The notes beneath the pieces are model-generated. The model searched no databases. It had not been told where the DNA came from and saw nothing but the letters and a program-made list of their open reading frames with translations. From NCBI GenBank assembly GCA_043820105.1, contig JBDREC010000029.1, positions 62,001 to 89,885 of the forward strand: DNA of 27,885 nt, given 5' to 3'. Numbering within the stretch: the stretch's first letter is position 1; every line of letters begins with the position of its first letter. The position numbers and the translations under genes are program-made. Of the stretch, positions 1-9,593 are shown one piece after another. The DNA is from Pseudomonadota bacterium. Its GTDB lineage: Bacteria; Bdellovibrionota_F; JAHFAK01; JBDREC01.

Positions 1-1449
1 TGTTTCCATGTTATAGCTAAGAGCACTATGCTTTTTAAGAAAATTATATTTTATTAAACTTGCCTTAGCATAGGGATCGTTTATTCCCCATCTGACAGAT
101 CTGAAAAATCCCGCTAAGGCTGTTGGCCATAGACTGGCAATTAAGGATTCATCAAGAATACCCAGCTTTGTTAGATATTCAATAATATAGTATCCTATTA
201 CATCTGCTTTGCATTCTTCAAGATTATTATTCATATCCTTTAAAGCTTTTCCGATATCCTGTTCTGTCCCATCTTCCTTTACAATAACACCAGGCCCCAT
301 GGTATGCCCAACTTCATGAAACAGATTGAAATAGAAAAAAACATCATCTGAAACGTTCACTGCTTGCTCCTTATCAAGAACATTTTTAGCGATTGGTATT
401 AAAATAGAATCTGCCTTTGCCTGAATAACGTTTCTTATCATTGTTTTTTTTGCACCATATTTTGTACGAACAAGTTCATTGTTGGGAAGAACAAAGGCCA
501 TCATTTTAGCTCCAATGCTTGCATCTGCCGTTGAATAGAAAAGGTTCACAACAATAATCGGGGCATCTTGTTTTCTCTTCAAATATTTAATCTTCTTAGA
601 GATGGGAAGGCTTTCTTCTATTGCAACAAAATGTGTGTTTAAAAAATCCAGTTTTTGAGACGCTTCTGTGTCTTTTATGGCAAGGAAGGTCATGAAAGAG
701 GCTTTATATTCGAGCAGCCGATCTGAATAAGGCTCATATGGTCCAAAAGTTACTTCAACTTTATTGTTTTTCAAATTCAGCCAGGAAACATCGCTGTCAA
801 AATAGTCATTATCCAGAAAATCAATAGCCCTGGCTTTAAGATAGGTTTTTAAGGTTTCATCTTGGGTAAGCCCTGCTGCTTCATTAAACAAGACAGCGAT
901 TCTTTCAAGATCTTCTTTATATTCAATGCTGTATGGAACAGCAATAAGTTTATCTGTTTGCCTTCTGATAACCGTAAAATCTGATTCAAAGGCCTTTTTA
1001 TCCTCAGGGTGCTCGCTTATCCATTTTTCGAATTCTTCTTTAGTAAATCCTTTGGGGTAAAAATTTCCTCCCAAATCATTATCAGGAATTCCTGGAATAA
1101 AGGACTTAAAATCATTTAAATAATCAAACGGTGATTGATTTATTAAAAAATACTCCAGCATCTTTTTATTACCAAGTGTTCCTGCTTCAAGTTTGTTTAA
1201 CCATTCTTCATTATCAGCGTGTATCTGCCTCAGATAAATTAAATTAGCTATATCAGCAGCTTCAATCAGTTTTTTTAAAACAAGTTTGTCTGATTTACTA
1301 AGCAAAGAAATATCAGGATCAATATCGACTATCTTATATTGAGCAAGCAACTTATCCATCTTTGTATCATCTGAAGTTTTAAAATGTTTGATAGAACAGG
1401 AAATAAAAAGTAATAAAACAAATAAAACTGACAGGATTTTGATTTTCAT
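1..1449 (-). CDS. Peptidase family M49 (dipeptidyl peptidase III-like) lipoprotein; 3' end runs off the window
   Basis: Not in the ORF track; translated by hand from ATG at 1449 (GGAG SD upstream). Starts MKIKILSVLFVLLLFISC (lipobox-like). Contains NFYP, FGPYEPYSDRL, zinc motif HEVGH (304-318) and EECKAD (202-219). Confidence 0.85.
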   Translation of the reverse strand, partial: MKIKILSVLFVLLLFISCSIKHFKTSDDTKMDKLLAQYKIVDIDPDISLLSKSDKLVLKKLIEAADIANLIYLRQIHADNEEWLNKLEAGTLGNKKMLEYFLINQSPFDYLNDFKSFIPGIPDNDLGGNFYPKGFTKEEFEKWISEHPEDKKAFESDFTVIRRQTDKLIAVPYSIEYKEDLERIAVLFNEAAGLTQDETLKTYLKARAIDFLDNDYFDSDVSWLNLKNNKVEVTFGPYEPYSDRLLEYKASFMTFLAIKDTEASQKLDFLNTHFVAIEESLPISKKIKYLKRKQDAPIIVVNLFYSTADASIGAKMMAFVLPNNELVRTKYGAKKTMIRNVIQAKADSILIPIAKNVLDKEQAVNVSDDVFFYFNLFHEVGHTMGPGVIVKEDGTEQDIGKALKDMNNNLEECKADVIGYYIIEYLTKLGILDESLIASLWPTALAGFFRSVRWGINDPYAKASLIKYNFLKKHSALSYNMET

Positions 1450-1557
1450 TATTTCTCCAAATTTACTAAATTATAAGATTTGTATAAAATAAATTATTAA
1501 AGAAATAATGATATTGCAATGATGAAAATATTTATAGAAAATAGGCAGCGATTTTAT

Positions 1558-2118
1558 TTAAAAAATACCCATAACAGCGGTGTCCTGTATTTCATCTTCA
1601 ATTGGTTCAACATATTTTATTATTCTGCACTCTGTATTTACAAAATAATCAGGATTTTCTGTTTTTGGATCTGTATCAAATGGAAAAATAATTTCTTCTG
1701 CAAGTCTACTCTCAACAACTACTGGGCCGGACAACGTTTTTCCAGATAAGGATATTATGATTGCTTCATCAGAAAAATACTCAAGCTCAAGATTATAAAT
1801 TAAAGGAAATAAATTTAAAAGGTTCCCAGGATTTTCCAAATCTTCATTATGTGGCAATATTATTTCTGCCTCAGTTGTCCCAAGCAAACCTTCTTCAAAA
1901 TCATTAGGAATTATAAAAAGTCTATAAGATTGACTATATAAAACAGCTGTGTTTACAAAAATAAATTCACAAAATAACACATTTTTTTCTGCCTCAGATA
2001 TCTCTTTTTGATCTGTTTCAAAATAATACTTAAACATATTTTCATTATTTTTTTGTCCATATAAAGGAAGGATAAGCAATATACTTATAAAAATAATTTT
2101 GATGCTTTTTTTTACCAT
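1558..2118 (-). CDS. Hypothetical exported protein (~186 aa)
   Basis: Likely start ATG 2118 (GAGG SD) giving MVKKSIKIIFISILLILPLYG, a signal-peptide-like N-terminus. No recognisable family motif. Confidence 0.6.
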   Translation of the reverse strand: MVKKSIKIIFISILLILPLYGQKNNENMFKYYFETDQKEISEAEKNVLFCEFIFVNTAVLYSQSYRLFIIPNDFEEGLLGTTEAEIILPHNEDLENPGNLLNLFPLIYNLELEYFSDEAIIISLSGKTLSGPVVVESRLAEEIIFPFDTDPKTENPDYFVNTECRIIKYVEPIEDEIQDTAVMGIF

Positions 2119-2296
2119 CTTAACCTCAATCTCTACATTTAATATTACAAAAAAACAGAGCAAATAAAGAGCCAGAACGCCGAACAAATAAAACAATTTG
2201 ATTTTAACATGTTATGAGGCAGAATATGAAATTTTTATGTTTAAGAGTTAATTTTTTTAACTTCAAGAAAAGAAAATGGGACATCTTTTAGATAAA

Positions 2297-3589
2297 TTAG
2301 GGTTTGAGCCGTTCAAGCATCCTTGGAAAAGCAGTTGTTTCCCGAACATGATGTATACCACAAATCCAAGCAACTGTCCTTTCAAGTCCTAAGCCAAAAC
2401 CTGAATGTGGAACAGAGCCATATTTTCTAAGATCCAAATACCAGTCAAAAGCTTCCATTGGTAAGTTATGCTCTTTAATTTTTTGAACTAGTTTATCAAG
2501 ATCATCTTCTCTTTGACTTGCTCCAATCAATTCACCATAACCTTCTGGACCAATCATATCAAAACATTTTACTTTTCTTGAATCTTTGGGATCTTCTTTC
2601 ATATAAAATGCCTTCACTTCTTTTGGCCAATCATAAACCATAATAGGTTTATCAAAATGTTCACCCAGGACTGTTTCATCTTCAGCTCCAAAGTCGCCAC
2701 CCCATTTAAAATCAATGCCTTTATCATTCAATATTTTTACAGCTTCATCATAAGAAATCCTTGGAAAAGGTTTTTTTACCTTTTCTAATTTAGAGAAATC
2801 TCTTTCCAATGTTTCAAGTTCTTTTTTCCTTGTTTCTAAAGTCGTTTGAACAACATATTCAACAAAATCTTCCGCTACATCCATATTCTCTTCATTTTCC
2901 ACAAAAGCCATTTCAGGCTCAACCATCCAAAATTCCATCAAATGCCTTCGTGTCTTAGATTTTTCAGCTCTAAAGGTTGGACCAAAACAATATACTTTAC
3001 CATGAGCCATTGCATTTGCTTCATTATAAAGCTGACCTGATTGAGTTAAATAAGCCTTTTCGCCAAAATAATCCGTTTCAAACAAAGTGGTTGTTCCTTC
3101 GCAAGCTGCTGGCGTGAAAATCGGTGTATCAACAAGCGTAAAACCATTATTATCAAAATAGTCTCTGATTGCTTTAACTATTGTTGCCCTAACCTTTATA
3201 ATAGCATGCTGCTTGGCAGAGCGCAGCCATAGGTGTCTTTTATCAAGCAAGTATGCAACACCGTGTTCTTTTGGAGTGATAGGATAATCAGTTGCCATTT
3301 GAAGAATAGAAAAATCCGAAACACCAATTTCAAAGCCAATTTTTGATCGTTTGTCTTCTTTTACAACACCTTTTACAATAACAGATGATTCTTGTGTAAC
3401 CTTATCGCCTGCTTCAAAAACTTCTTCTAAAACATCACCTTTAAAAATTACACATTGAATAGTTTCAGATCCATCTCTAACTTGTAAAAAGTGCAGCTTT
3501 CCAGAAGACCTTTTTCCATAAAGCCATCCGGATATTTCAACTTCTTTGCCAACATGTTTGTGTATATCTGATATATATATTTTACCCAT
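2297..3589 (-). CDS. asnS: Asparagine--tRNA ligase
   Basis: OB-fold N-terminus, [52 protein letters not shown]. Confidence 0.96.
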   Translation of the reverse strand: MGKIYISDIHKHVGKEVEISGWLYGKRSSGKLHFLQVRDGSETIQCVIFKGDVLEEVFEAGDKVTQESSVIVKGVVKEDKRSKIGFEIGVSDFSILQMATDYPITPKEHGVAYLLDKRHLWLRSAKQHAIIKVRATIVKAIRDYFDNNGFTLVDTPIFTPAACEGTTTLFETDYFGEKAYLTQSGQLYNEANAMAHGKVYCFGPTFRAEKSKTRRHLMEFWMVEPEMAFVENEENMDVAEDFVEYVVQTTLETRKKELETLERDFSKLEKVKKPFPRISYDEAVKILNDKGIDFKWGGDFGAEDETVLGEHFDKPIMVYDWPKEVKAFYMKEDPKDSRKVKCFDMIGPEGYGELIGASQREDDLDKLVQKIKEHNLPMEAFDWYLDLRKYGSVPHSGFGLGLERTVAWICGIHHVRETTAFPRMLERLKP

Positions 3590-3615
3590 TATTTCTCCAT
3601 CAATTGTTTTTCATC

Positions 3616-3686
3616 ATGCTCGTGCACGTGCACGTGCACGCGTAAGAGCACGAGCACGAGCACGGAAACATAAACAACATAAACAA
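3616..3686. repeat. Inverted hexamer arrays (GTGCTC/GTGCAC)n...(GAGCAC)3, followed by AACATAAAC x2
   Basis: Read directly: tgctcgtgcacgtgcacgtgcacg-cgtaa-gagcacgagcacgagcacg. GC-rich island in an AT-rich spacer. Confidence 0.85.
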
Positions 3687-3753
3687 AATTAAATATTATG
3701 CAATTTAAAAATAAACGAAAAAATCATTTAAAAAATTAGGATAAGGATTATGA

Positions 3754-4728
3754 TTAAAATTCCGAACCGTGTAACTTGTTTAATTTTTCTAAAACATGTT
3801 TCATATCTTCCGGCAACTCAGATCTAAACTCTAAGTATTCACCGCTCCCAGGATGCTCAAATCCCAATACATAGGCATGCAGAGCCTGCCTTTTTAACTT
3901 TGAAAAGATTGGGTAATATTTTGGATGATTTATTCTAAAAAAGTTTGTGCCTTTTCCATATGTTGAATCTGATACAATCGGATGACCAAGGGATGCCATG
4001 TGCACTCTAATTTGATGAGTCCTTCCTGTTCCCAAAACAAATGAACAAAAACTAGCTGCTTTGGCATATCTATATATTACTTTGTATGTTGTAAGGGCAG
4101 ATTTGCCTGACCTTGTTTTAATTGAATATTTTTTCCTATCATTAATCGCCCGCCCAATTTCCTTTTCTATTCTTCCTTCATCTTCTTTTGGACTGCCATA
4201 AACAAAACCTCTGTATTCTCTTTTAATTGTATGGTCTTTAAATTGCTTGGCTAAATGATTGTGAGCTTTATCATTTTTGGCTACCACCATTACACCTGAG
4301 GTGTCTTTATCAAGCCTGTGAACAATGCCGGGTCTAAAAACGCCACCAATTCCTGACAAATCTTTAATGTGAAATAAAAGTGCATTAACTAAAGTACCCG
4401 TATAATTACCACATCCCGGGTGCACAACCATACCTGCAGCTTTATCAATAACAACGAGGTCCTTGTCTTGATAAAGAATATTAATTGGAATATTTTCAGG
4501 AATTGTATCAAGTTCAACAGGATCAGGAATATCAATTTCTAAAATATCCTTTTCACGAATCTTATATGAATATTTTACAGCTTTTCCATTTACTAAAACA
4601 TTAGAATTACCAATAAGCTTCTGAACAAAATTTCGTGTTTGATTTATATGAGATGAGATAAAGGAATCAATGCGCTGATTTACTTGCTCTTCATTTACAG
4701 TAATTTTATAGGAATTTTTTTTATCCAT
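3754..4728 (-). CDS. rluD: RluA-family 23S rRNA pseudouridine synthase with S4 domain
   Basis: S4-like N-terminus, KAAGMVVHP, GIVHRLDKDTSG, GRTHQIRVH, RQALHA. Start moved to ATG 4728 (MDKKN). Confidence 0.92.
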   Translation of the reverse strand: MDKKNSYKITVNEEQVNQRIDSFISSHINQTRNFVQKLIGNSNVLVNGKAVKYSYKIREKDILEIDIPDPVELDTIPENIPINILYQDKDLVVIDKAAGMVVHPGCGNYTGTLVNALLFHIKDLSGIGGVFRPGIVHRLDKDTSGVMVVAKNDKAHNHLAKQFKDHTIKREYRGFVYGSPKEDEGRIEKEIGRAINDRKKYSIKTRSGKSALTTYKVIYRYAKAASFCSFVLGTGRTHQIRVHMASLGHPIVSDSTYGKGTNFFRINHPKYYPIFSKLKRQALHAYVLGFEHPGSGEYLEFRSELPEDMKHVLEKLNKLHGSEF

Positions 4729-4737
4729 CTTGGTTTG

Positions 4738-4764
4738 GGGATCCTGAAACAAGCTCAGGATGAC
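4738..4764 (-). repeat. REP/RPE-like palindrome GTCATCCTGAGCTTGTTTCAGGATCCC
   Basis: Perfect 7-bp stem ATCCTGA/TCAGGAT (4741-4761) with a 7-nt loop and a GTC leader on the minus strand. Confidence 0.6.
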
Positions 4765-4775
4765 GTCCTCTTACA

Positions 4776-4836
4776 AGCAACTAGCAACCAGCAACCAGCA
4801 ACTCTCTTACCACTTACCACTTACCACTTACCACTT
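4776..4836. repeat. Heptamer arrays (AGCAACY)4 and (CTTACCA)4
   Basis: Units at 4776-4803 and 4806-4836, ending 2 nt from the stop codon at 4839. Confidence 0.9.
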
Positions 4837-4838
4837 TT

Positions 4839-5108
4839 TCACCATATTGCCGAATCTATCTCTTTTCCCTTATCATTAACAATAACGTCAACAATTGCGC
4901 GATCATAAAAATTATAATTTTTTTTAATTTCATTAGACACACGGCTATTATATAATTGTTCGCCTTCCCTGATTTTGTCTTTAAGCCTGTGAAAGAGATC
5001 ATCATTAGTTAATCCAAGAATAACCTCATCTTCATTATAAAGCAAAATATCAGAAGCAATCGCTCTTGCCAGCCTTATAGCTGATTCATTGGAATTAATG
5101 GGCTTCAC
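4839..5108 (-). CDS. Small hypothetical protein with A-x-RLARAIASDILLYN motif
   Basis: 89 aa helical protein overlapping the rsmI stop. The motif resembles, from recall, a small uncharacterised domain of deltaproteobacterial-type genomes. Confidence 0.75.
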   Translation of the reverse strand: MKPINSNESAIRLARAIASDILLYNEDEVILGLTNDDLFHRLKDKIREGEQLYNSRVSNEIKKNYNFYDRAIVDVIVNDKGKEIDSAIW

Positions 5109-5958
5109 TTGCTAACTCCCAGTTTTGTTTAATTTTTAAAATATGATTATAAACATCTTTTTTGGGGATATCATACCTTTTTGCAATAATTTCTACAATA
5201 CTTTTTTGTGTTTTTCCTTGTTTAATAAGCATTACTGCATCAGACTCAACTTCTTTTGTAAAAAGTTTCTTTTCCTTCTTTTTACCATCAACGATTATTA
5301 CAATCTCACCCTTTAATTCTTTTCTAAATATTTTTTCAAGAATTTCCGTTATCTGGCCATGCATAACTTCTTCAAATGATTTTGTAATTTCTCTGGCTAT
5401 TGTGCAGTTTCTGTTTCCCCAAATATCCAAAATAATTTCTAAACTTTTAGACAATCTTTTTGGTGATTCAAAAAATCCAATTGGAACTTCCATGTCCTTA
5501 TAATGTTCAAGTCTGTTTTCAGCGTCGCCTTTTTTCCTTGGGAAAAATCCCAAGAATAAGAATCCTGATAAATCAAAACCTGAAAGGTTATAAGCTGATA
5601 CAATTGAACATGGTCCAGGGATATCGATGACTGAGAGTTGTTGCTTATATGCTTCTTTAACTAAAACAGAACCAGGATCTGAAATGCAAGGAGTTCCAGC
5701 ATTTGTAACGATCGCAACATCTGAACCTCTTTTCAAAAGTTCAATAAGGCGTGATACTCGAGACTTTTCATTAAACTTATGATAACTTATAAGTTCATTT
5801 TTGATTTCATATTTTGCAAGCAATTTTTTTGTAACCCTGGTATCTTCACAAGCAATATAATCAACTTCCTTAAGGGTCCTGATTGCTCTTAAAGTAATAT
5901 CTTCAAGATTACCAATTGGTGTTCCAACTAAATATAATGTACCTTTTGATGTAGCCAT
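5095..5958 (-). CDS. rsmI: 16S rRNA (cytidine1402-2'-O)-methyltransferase
   Basis: LYLVGTPIGNLEDITLRA, ACEDTR, AGTPCISDPG, FESPKR, AREITKSFEE, KGEIV. Confidence 0.95.
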   Translation of the reverse strand: MATSKGTLYLVGTPIGNLEDITLRAIRTLKEVDYIACEDTRVTKKLLAKYEIKNELISYHKFNEKSRVSRLIELLKRGSDVAIVTNAGTPCISDPGSVLVKEAYKQQLSVIDIPGPCSIVSAYNLSGFDLSGFLFLGFFPRKKGDAENRLEHYKDMEVPIGFFESPKRLSKSLEIILDIWGNRNCTIAREITKSFEEVMHGQITEILEKIFRKELKGEIVIIVDGKKKEKKLFTKEVESDAVMLIKQGKTQKSIVEIIAKRYDIPKKDVYNHILKIKQNWELASEAH

Positions 5959-5959
5959 A

Positions 5960-6448
5960 TTAACTTCCTTTAAAAATTTTAATATTTCCTGCAGATTTTT
6001 TTTCTAAATCCGCTATTTTAACACCCAATCTAGGATGAACTAAATTAGGTTTTAATTCCAATAATAATGCTAATACAAATCTTCTTTCATGCATTCTTGG
6101 ATGTGGAACCAAAAGGCCTGGTTCCTCAACAATTCTTTCATCAAACAAAAGGATATCAATATCAATTGTCCTGGGAGCATAGGGAAACGACCTTTTTCGA
6201 CCCAGTAAATTTTCGATTCCCTGAATAAAGGACAAAAGTTTTTTTGGTTCAAGATCTGTCTGCACATGTAAAACCTGATTCAAAAATTCTGCTTGTGCAA
6301 CAGGACCTACAGGCTCAGTTTCATAAATATTAGATTTTGATTCAATTTTACATTTTTCACTAATCTTTTCAGCGGCTAGTTCCAGGTAGTCACCTCTTTT
6401 GCCTACATTAGAACCTAAACATAAATATGCACTAAAAAGATTACCCAT
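5960..6448 (-). CDS. folK: 2-amino-4-hydroxy-6-hydroxymethyldihydropteridine pyrophosphokinase
   Basis: YLCLGSNVG, YETEPVG, FLNQV, PRTIDIDIL, PHPRMHERRFVL. Confidence 0.95.
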   Translation of the reverse strand: MGNLFSAYLCLGSNVGKRGDYLELAAEKISEKCKIESKSNIYETEPVGPVAQAEFLNQVLHVQTDLEPKKLLSFIQGIENLLGRKRSFPYAPRTIDIDILLFDERIVEEPGLLVPHPRMHERRFVLALLLELKPNLVHPRLGVKIADLEKKSAGNIKIFKGS

Positions 6449-6451
6449 TTA

Positions 6452-6811
6452 TTATACATCCTCTTTGTAACATTTTACATAAGAAGTTTCGTTTTCAAAT
6501 AAAGTAACTTTCTTTAAAGTTATCGCTTCTGGTAAAACTTCACTAATTTTTAAAAAAATCCATTTTGAAATATTTTCAGCTGTTGGATTACTAACTACAT
6601 CATTTAAATAATTATGATCTAGTTTTGAAATAACGGCCTCATTTACAATACTTGAAAGTTCGTTAAAATCCATAATCATACCAGAATCCAGGACTTTACC
6701 TGTTACAGTAACCTTTAACTTGTAAGTATGACCATGAAGGTTTTCACACTTCCCTTTATAATTTATCAACTTGTGAGCTGAGTCAAATTTAAAAATTTTA
6801 TTTAAGTTCAT
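6452..6811 (-). CDS. queD: 6-pyruvoyl/6-carboxy-tetrahydropterin synthase family (COG0720), PTPS-I/III-type motif
   Basis: FDSAH, CENLHGHTY, MDF, LDHNYLN, NPTAENI. Lies between folP and folK. Confidence 0.88.
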   Translation of the reverse strand: MNLNKIFKFDSAHKLINYKGKCENLHGHTYKLKVTVTGKVLDSGMIMDFNELSSIVNEAVISKLDHNYLNDVVSNPTAENISKWIFLKISEVLPEAITLKKVTLFENETSYVKCYKEDV

Positions 6812-7626
6812 TTTCTATCCATAATTTTATCAATTAGTTCCAGGCTCAGCTTGGCTTCTTTAACATCATGTACTCGAAAAATTGATACTCCATTTAAAAA
6901 ACCAAAGACATTTACAGCGATAGTGCCTGGCAATCTGTTTTCAACTGAAACATCGCTAATATTTCCAATAAAAGCTTTTCTTGAAGTGCCCAATAAAACT
7001 GGCAAACCAAGGGCCGAAAAATTTTTAATTTCCCTTAAAATAGTAAGATTATGTTCAAGAGTTTTTCCAAAACCAATTCCTGGATCAATTGCAATATCTT
7101 TTACTCCAGCAGAGAGTAATTTTTCTGATTGTTTTTTTAAAAAAGCAAAAACTTCCTCGCTAACATTTTTTTCATATTTAGGATTTGCTTGCATATCTTG
7201 AGGATTTCCAAGCATGTGCATAATAATACAAGAAGCTTTATATTCAGAGACAATCTTAATCATTTGCTCATTAATAAAGCCTGTAATGTCATTAATAATT
7301 TTAACTCCATTATCAAGGCCCCATTTCGTTACTTCTGGCTTGTAAGTATCAAGAGAAATAGGTATTGATAAATTCTTTAAAAGCAAAGGCAATATTTTTT
7401 CAAGGCGCTCTATCTCTTCTTTTGCTGAGATTGCTAAAGATCCTGGTCTTGAACTTTCTGCACCAATATCAATAAAGGCAGCACCAAATTTTTCCATTTG
7501 CAAGGCATCTTCAAGGCATTTTTCTTCATTATTAAAATACTTTCCACCATCTGCAAAAGAATCAGGGGTAATATTTAAAATTCCCATGACAAGTGGTTTT
7601 GATTTATTTAATAACATTGTTGCCAT
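6808..7626 (-). CDS. folP: Dihydropteroate synthase
   Basis: MGILNITPDSFADGG, DIGAESSRPG, DPGIGFGK, GTSRKAF, FRVHDV. Confidence 0.96.
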   Translation of the reverse strand: MATMLLNKSKPLVMGILNITPDSFADGGKYFNNEEKCLEDALQMEKFGAAFIDIGAESSRPGSLAISAKEEIERLEKILPLLLKNLSIPISLDTYKPEVTKWGLDNGVKIINDITGFINEQMIKIVSEYKASCIIMHMLGNPQDMQANPKYEKNVSEEVFAFLKKQSEKLLSAGVKDIAIDPGIGFGKTLEHNLTILREIKNFSALGLPVLLGTSRKAFIGNISDVSVENRLPGTIAVNVFGFLNGVSIFRVHDVKEAKLSLELIDKIMDRK

Positions 7627-7696
7627 ATTTTATGTTAAATACCTTATTTTATTTAACTTTTGCCCTAAGTTTTATCCCATTCTAAAATGGCGGGTG

Positions 7697-7725
7697 TATA
7701 TAGCAGATTTTTTTGACAATTTCAA
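7697..7725 (-). promoter_or_regulatory. Putative sigma70 promoter for the folP operon
   Basis: Minus strand TTGAAA-17 nt-TATATA with TG at the extended -10 position. Confidence 0.3.
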
Positions 7726-7767
7726 GTTTTTATTGCAATTTTTTGTTTTTATTGAGGTTTTGGTGTT

Positions 7768-8043
7768 TTAAGTGAGACTTTCAAAAAAGCTTTTTACACG
7801 AACGGCCACATAAAAGACTGAAGATAGTAAGAAAATATAAAAATAAACTTTTTGTTTATTTCTTAGAATAATAACTATTAATATTATAAGTAAGGACAAA
7901 AATATAATAGCATTTGATGCTACAAAATCAGCCATTCTAATAAACTCATTTGCAGTACGAATATTTGCAAAGAAGCTAGTATGTTCAAGTATTGCATAAG
8001 AAACATTAATCAAGGAAAGAAATATGTAGAAAAAAGCTTTCAT
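7768..8043 (-). CDS. Small hypothetical membrane protein
   Basis: 91 aa with about three hydrophobic segments; AAGGA SD just after the ALDH stop. Confidence 0.55.
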   Translation of the reverse strand: MKAFFYIFLSLINVSYAILEHTSFFANIRTANEFIRMADFVASNAIIFLSLLIILIVIILRNKQKVYFYIFLLSSVFYVAVRVKSFFESLT

Positions 8044-8052
8044 AAATCCTTG

Positions 8053-9576
8053 CTAGCTAATATTAAAATCAATTCCTTGCGCAAGAGGAAGCTCCTTGCC
8101 AAAATTAACAGAACAGGTTTGTCTTCTCATGTAAAATTTCCATGCATCAGAGCCTGACTCTCTTCCACCACCAGTTTCTTTTTCTCCACCAAAGGCTCCA
8201 CCGATTTCAGCACCGCTTGTTCCTGTATTTATATTTGCAATTCCACAATCAGACCCAGCATATGAAACAAATTTTTCAGCTTCACAAAAGTTAGTTGTAA
8301 ACATTGAAGAAGATAGACCTTGAACAACATCATTTTGGATATTGATGGCTTCATCCATGTCTGCTGCTTCAATTAGGTAGAGTATAGGAGCAAAGGTTTC
8401 TTCCTGTACAATTTCCATATCATTTTTAGCCTTAACAATGGTTGGCTCTACATAACATCCAGAAGAAAATTTATCTGATTCTAATATCCTGCCACCACAA
8501 AGAATTTCTCCGCCTTGTTTTTTTACAAGCTCCAGGGCATTCATCATGTCATTAACAGCAGACTTATCCACCAAAGGTCCCATCAAGGTTGAAGGATCAA
8601 GAGGCGAACCAATTTTGACTTGTTCATATGCTGCTAATAAGCTTTTTGAAAATTTATCATAAACTGATTTATGCAATATTAATCTTCTAGTTGTGGTGCA
8701 TCGTTGTCCTGCTGTTCCCACTGAACCAAAAACTGTAGCCCTAAGAGCCATGTCCAGGTTTGCACTGTCTGAAACTAATAAAGCATTGTTTCCGCCGAGT
8801 TCTAAAATAGTCTTTCCAAGTCTTGCTCCAACTACTGCTCCAATTCTTTTTCCCATTTTACAGGAACCTGTTGCTGAGATCAAAGGAATGTTTTTATCAG
8901 CAATCATTTTTTCACCAATCGTACTGCCTCTACCAATAACCATGCCCATGATTGGTGGAACATTATTTTTCTCTAAAACATCTGTTATAATATTTTGAAC
9001 TGCAATAGCTGTTAGTGGAGTTTTTGAGGAAGGTTTCCAAATAACTGGATCGCCGCAAACTGCTGCAATAAAAGCATTCCATGCCCAAACCGCGACTGGA
9101 AAATTAAATGCAGTTATAACACCGACAACTCCTAAAGGATGCCACATTTCTCTTATCACATGCTCTTGTCTCTCACTGCTCATAGTAAGGCCGTAAAGTT
9201 GCCTTGAAAGACCAACTGCAAAATCAGCCATATCGATCATTTCCTGAACTTCACCTTCACCTTCAGCTATAATTTTCCCCATTTCATAAGAAACAAGTTG
9301 CCCCAGTGCTTTCTTTTTTTCTCTTAGCACCATCCCCATTTGTCTTACAATTTCTCCCCTTTTAGGAGCTGGTATTTTTCTGAATTCTTTAAAGCCATTA
9401 TTAAGATTGGCCATAACTTTATCATAGTCTGCTTCTGTAGCCATTTTAACTTTTGCTATTTCTTTTCCATCAACAGGAGAAACCGAAACAAGCATATCAC
9501 CATTTGTTTCATGCCATCCGTCAGAATATGCACCACTATTTATTTCTTTGATGCCTAGTTCTTTTAAAAAATCCAT
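8053..9576 (-). CDS. Aldehyde dehydrogenase, ALDH7 / piperideine-6-carboxylate dehydrogenase type
   Basis: ITAFNFPVAVWAWN, LELGGNNA, GTAGQRCTT (catalytic Cys), ETFAPIL, GAEIGGAFGGEKETGGGRESGSDAWK. Confidence 0.92.
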   Translation of the reverse strand: MDFLKELGIKEINSGAYSDGWHETNGDMLVSVSPVDGKEIAKVKMATEADYDKVMANLNNGFKEFRKIPAPKRGEIVRQMGMVLREKKKALGQLVSYEMGKIIAEGEGEVQEMIDMADFAVGLSRQLYGLTMSSERQEHVIREMWHPLGVVGVITAFNFPVAVWAWNAFIAAVCGDPVIWKPSSKTPLTAIAVQNIITDVLEKNNVPPIMGMVIGRGSTIGEKMIADKNIPLISATGSCKMGKRIGAVVGARLGKTILELGGNNALLVSDSANLDMALRATVFGSVGTAGQRCTTTRRLILHKSVYDKFSKSLLAAYEQVKIGSPLDPSTLMGPLVDKSAVNDMMNALELVKKQGGEILCGGRILESDKFSSGCYVEPTIVKAKNDMEIVQEETFAPILYLIEAADMDEAINIQNDVVQGLSSSMFTTNFCEAEKFVSYAGSDCGIANINTGTSGAEIGGAFGGEKETGGGRESGSDAWKFYMRRQTCSVNFGKELPLAQGIDFNIS

Positions 9577-9593
9577 TGAACACTCCTTGGTTT

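Noticed and set aside
2119-2196. N-terminal extension of the 212-aa ORF
   Set aside because: TTG start without SD; ATG 2118 has a GAGG SD and yields a normal signal peptide.
4684-4908. 74-aa + strand ORF
   Set aside because: Spans the palindrome and heptamer arrays and overlaps two real genes on the other strand.
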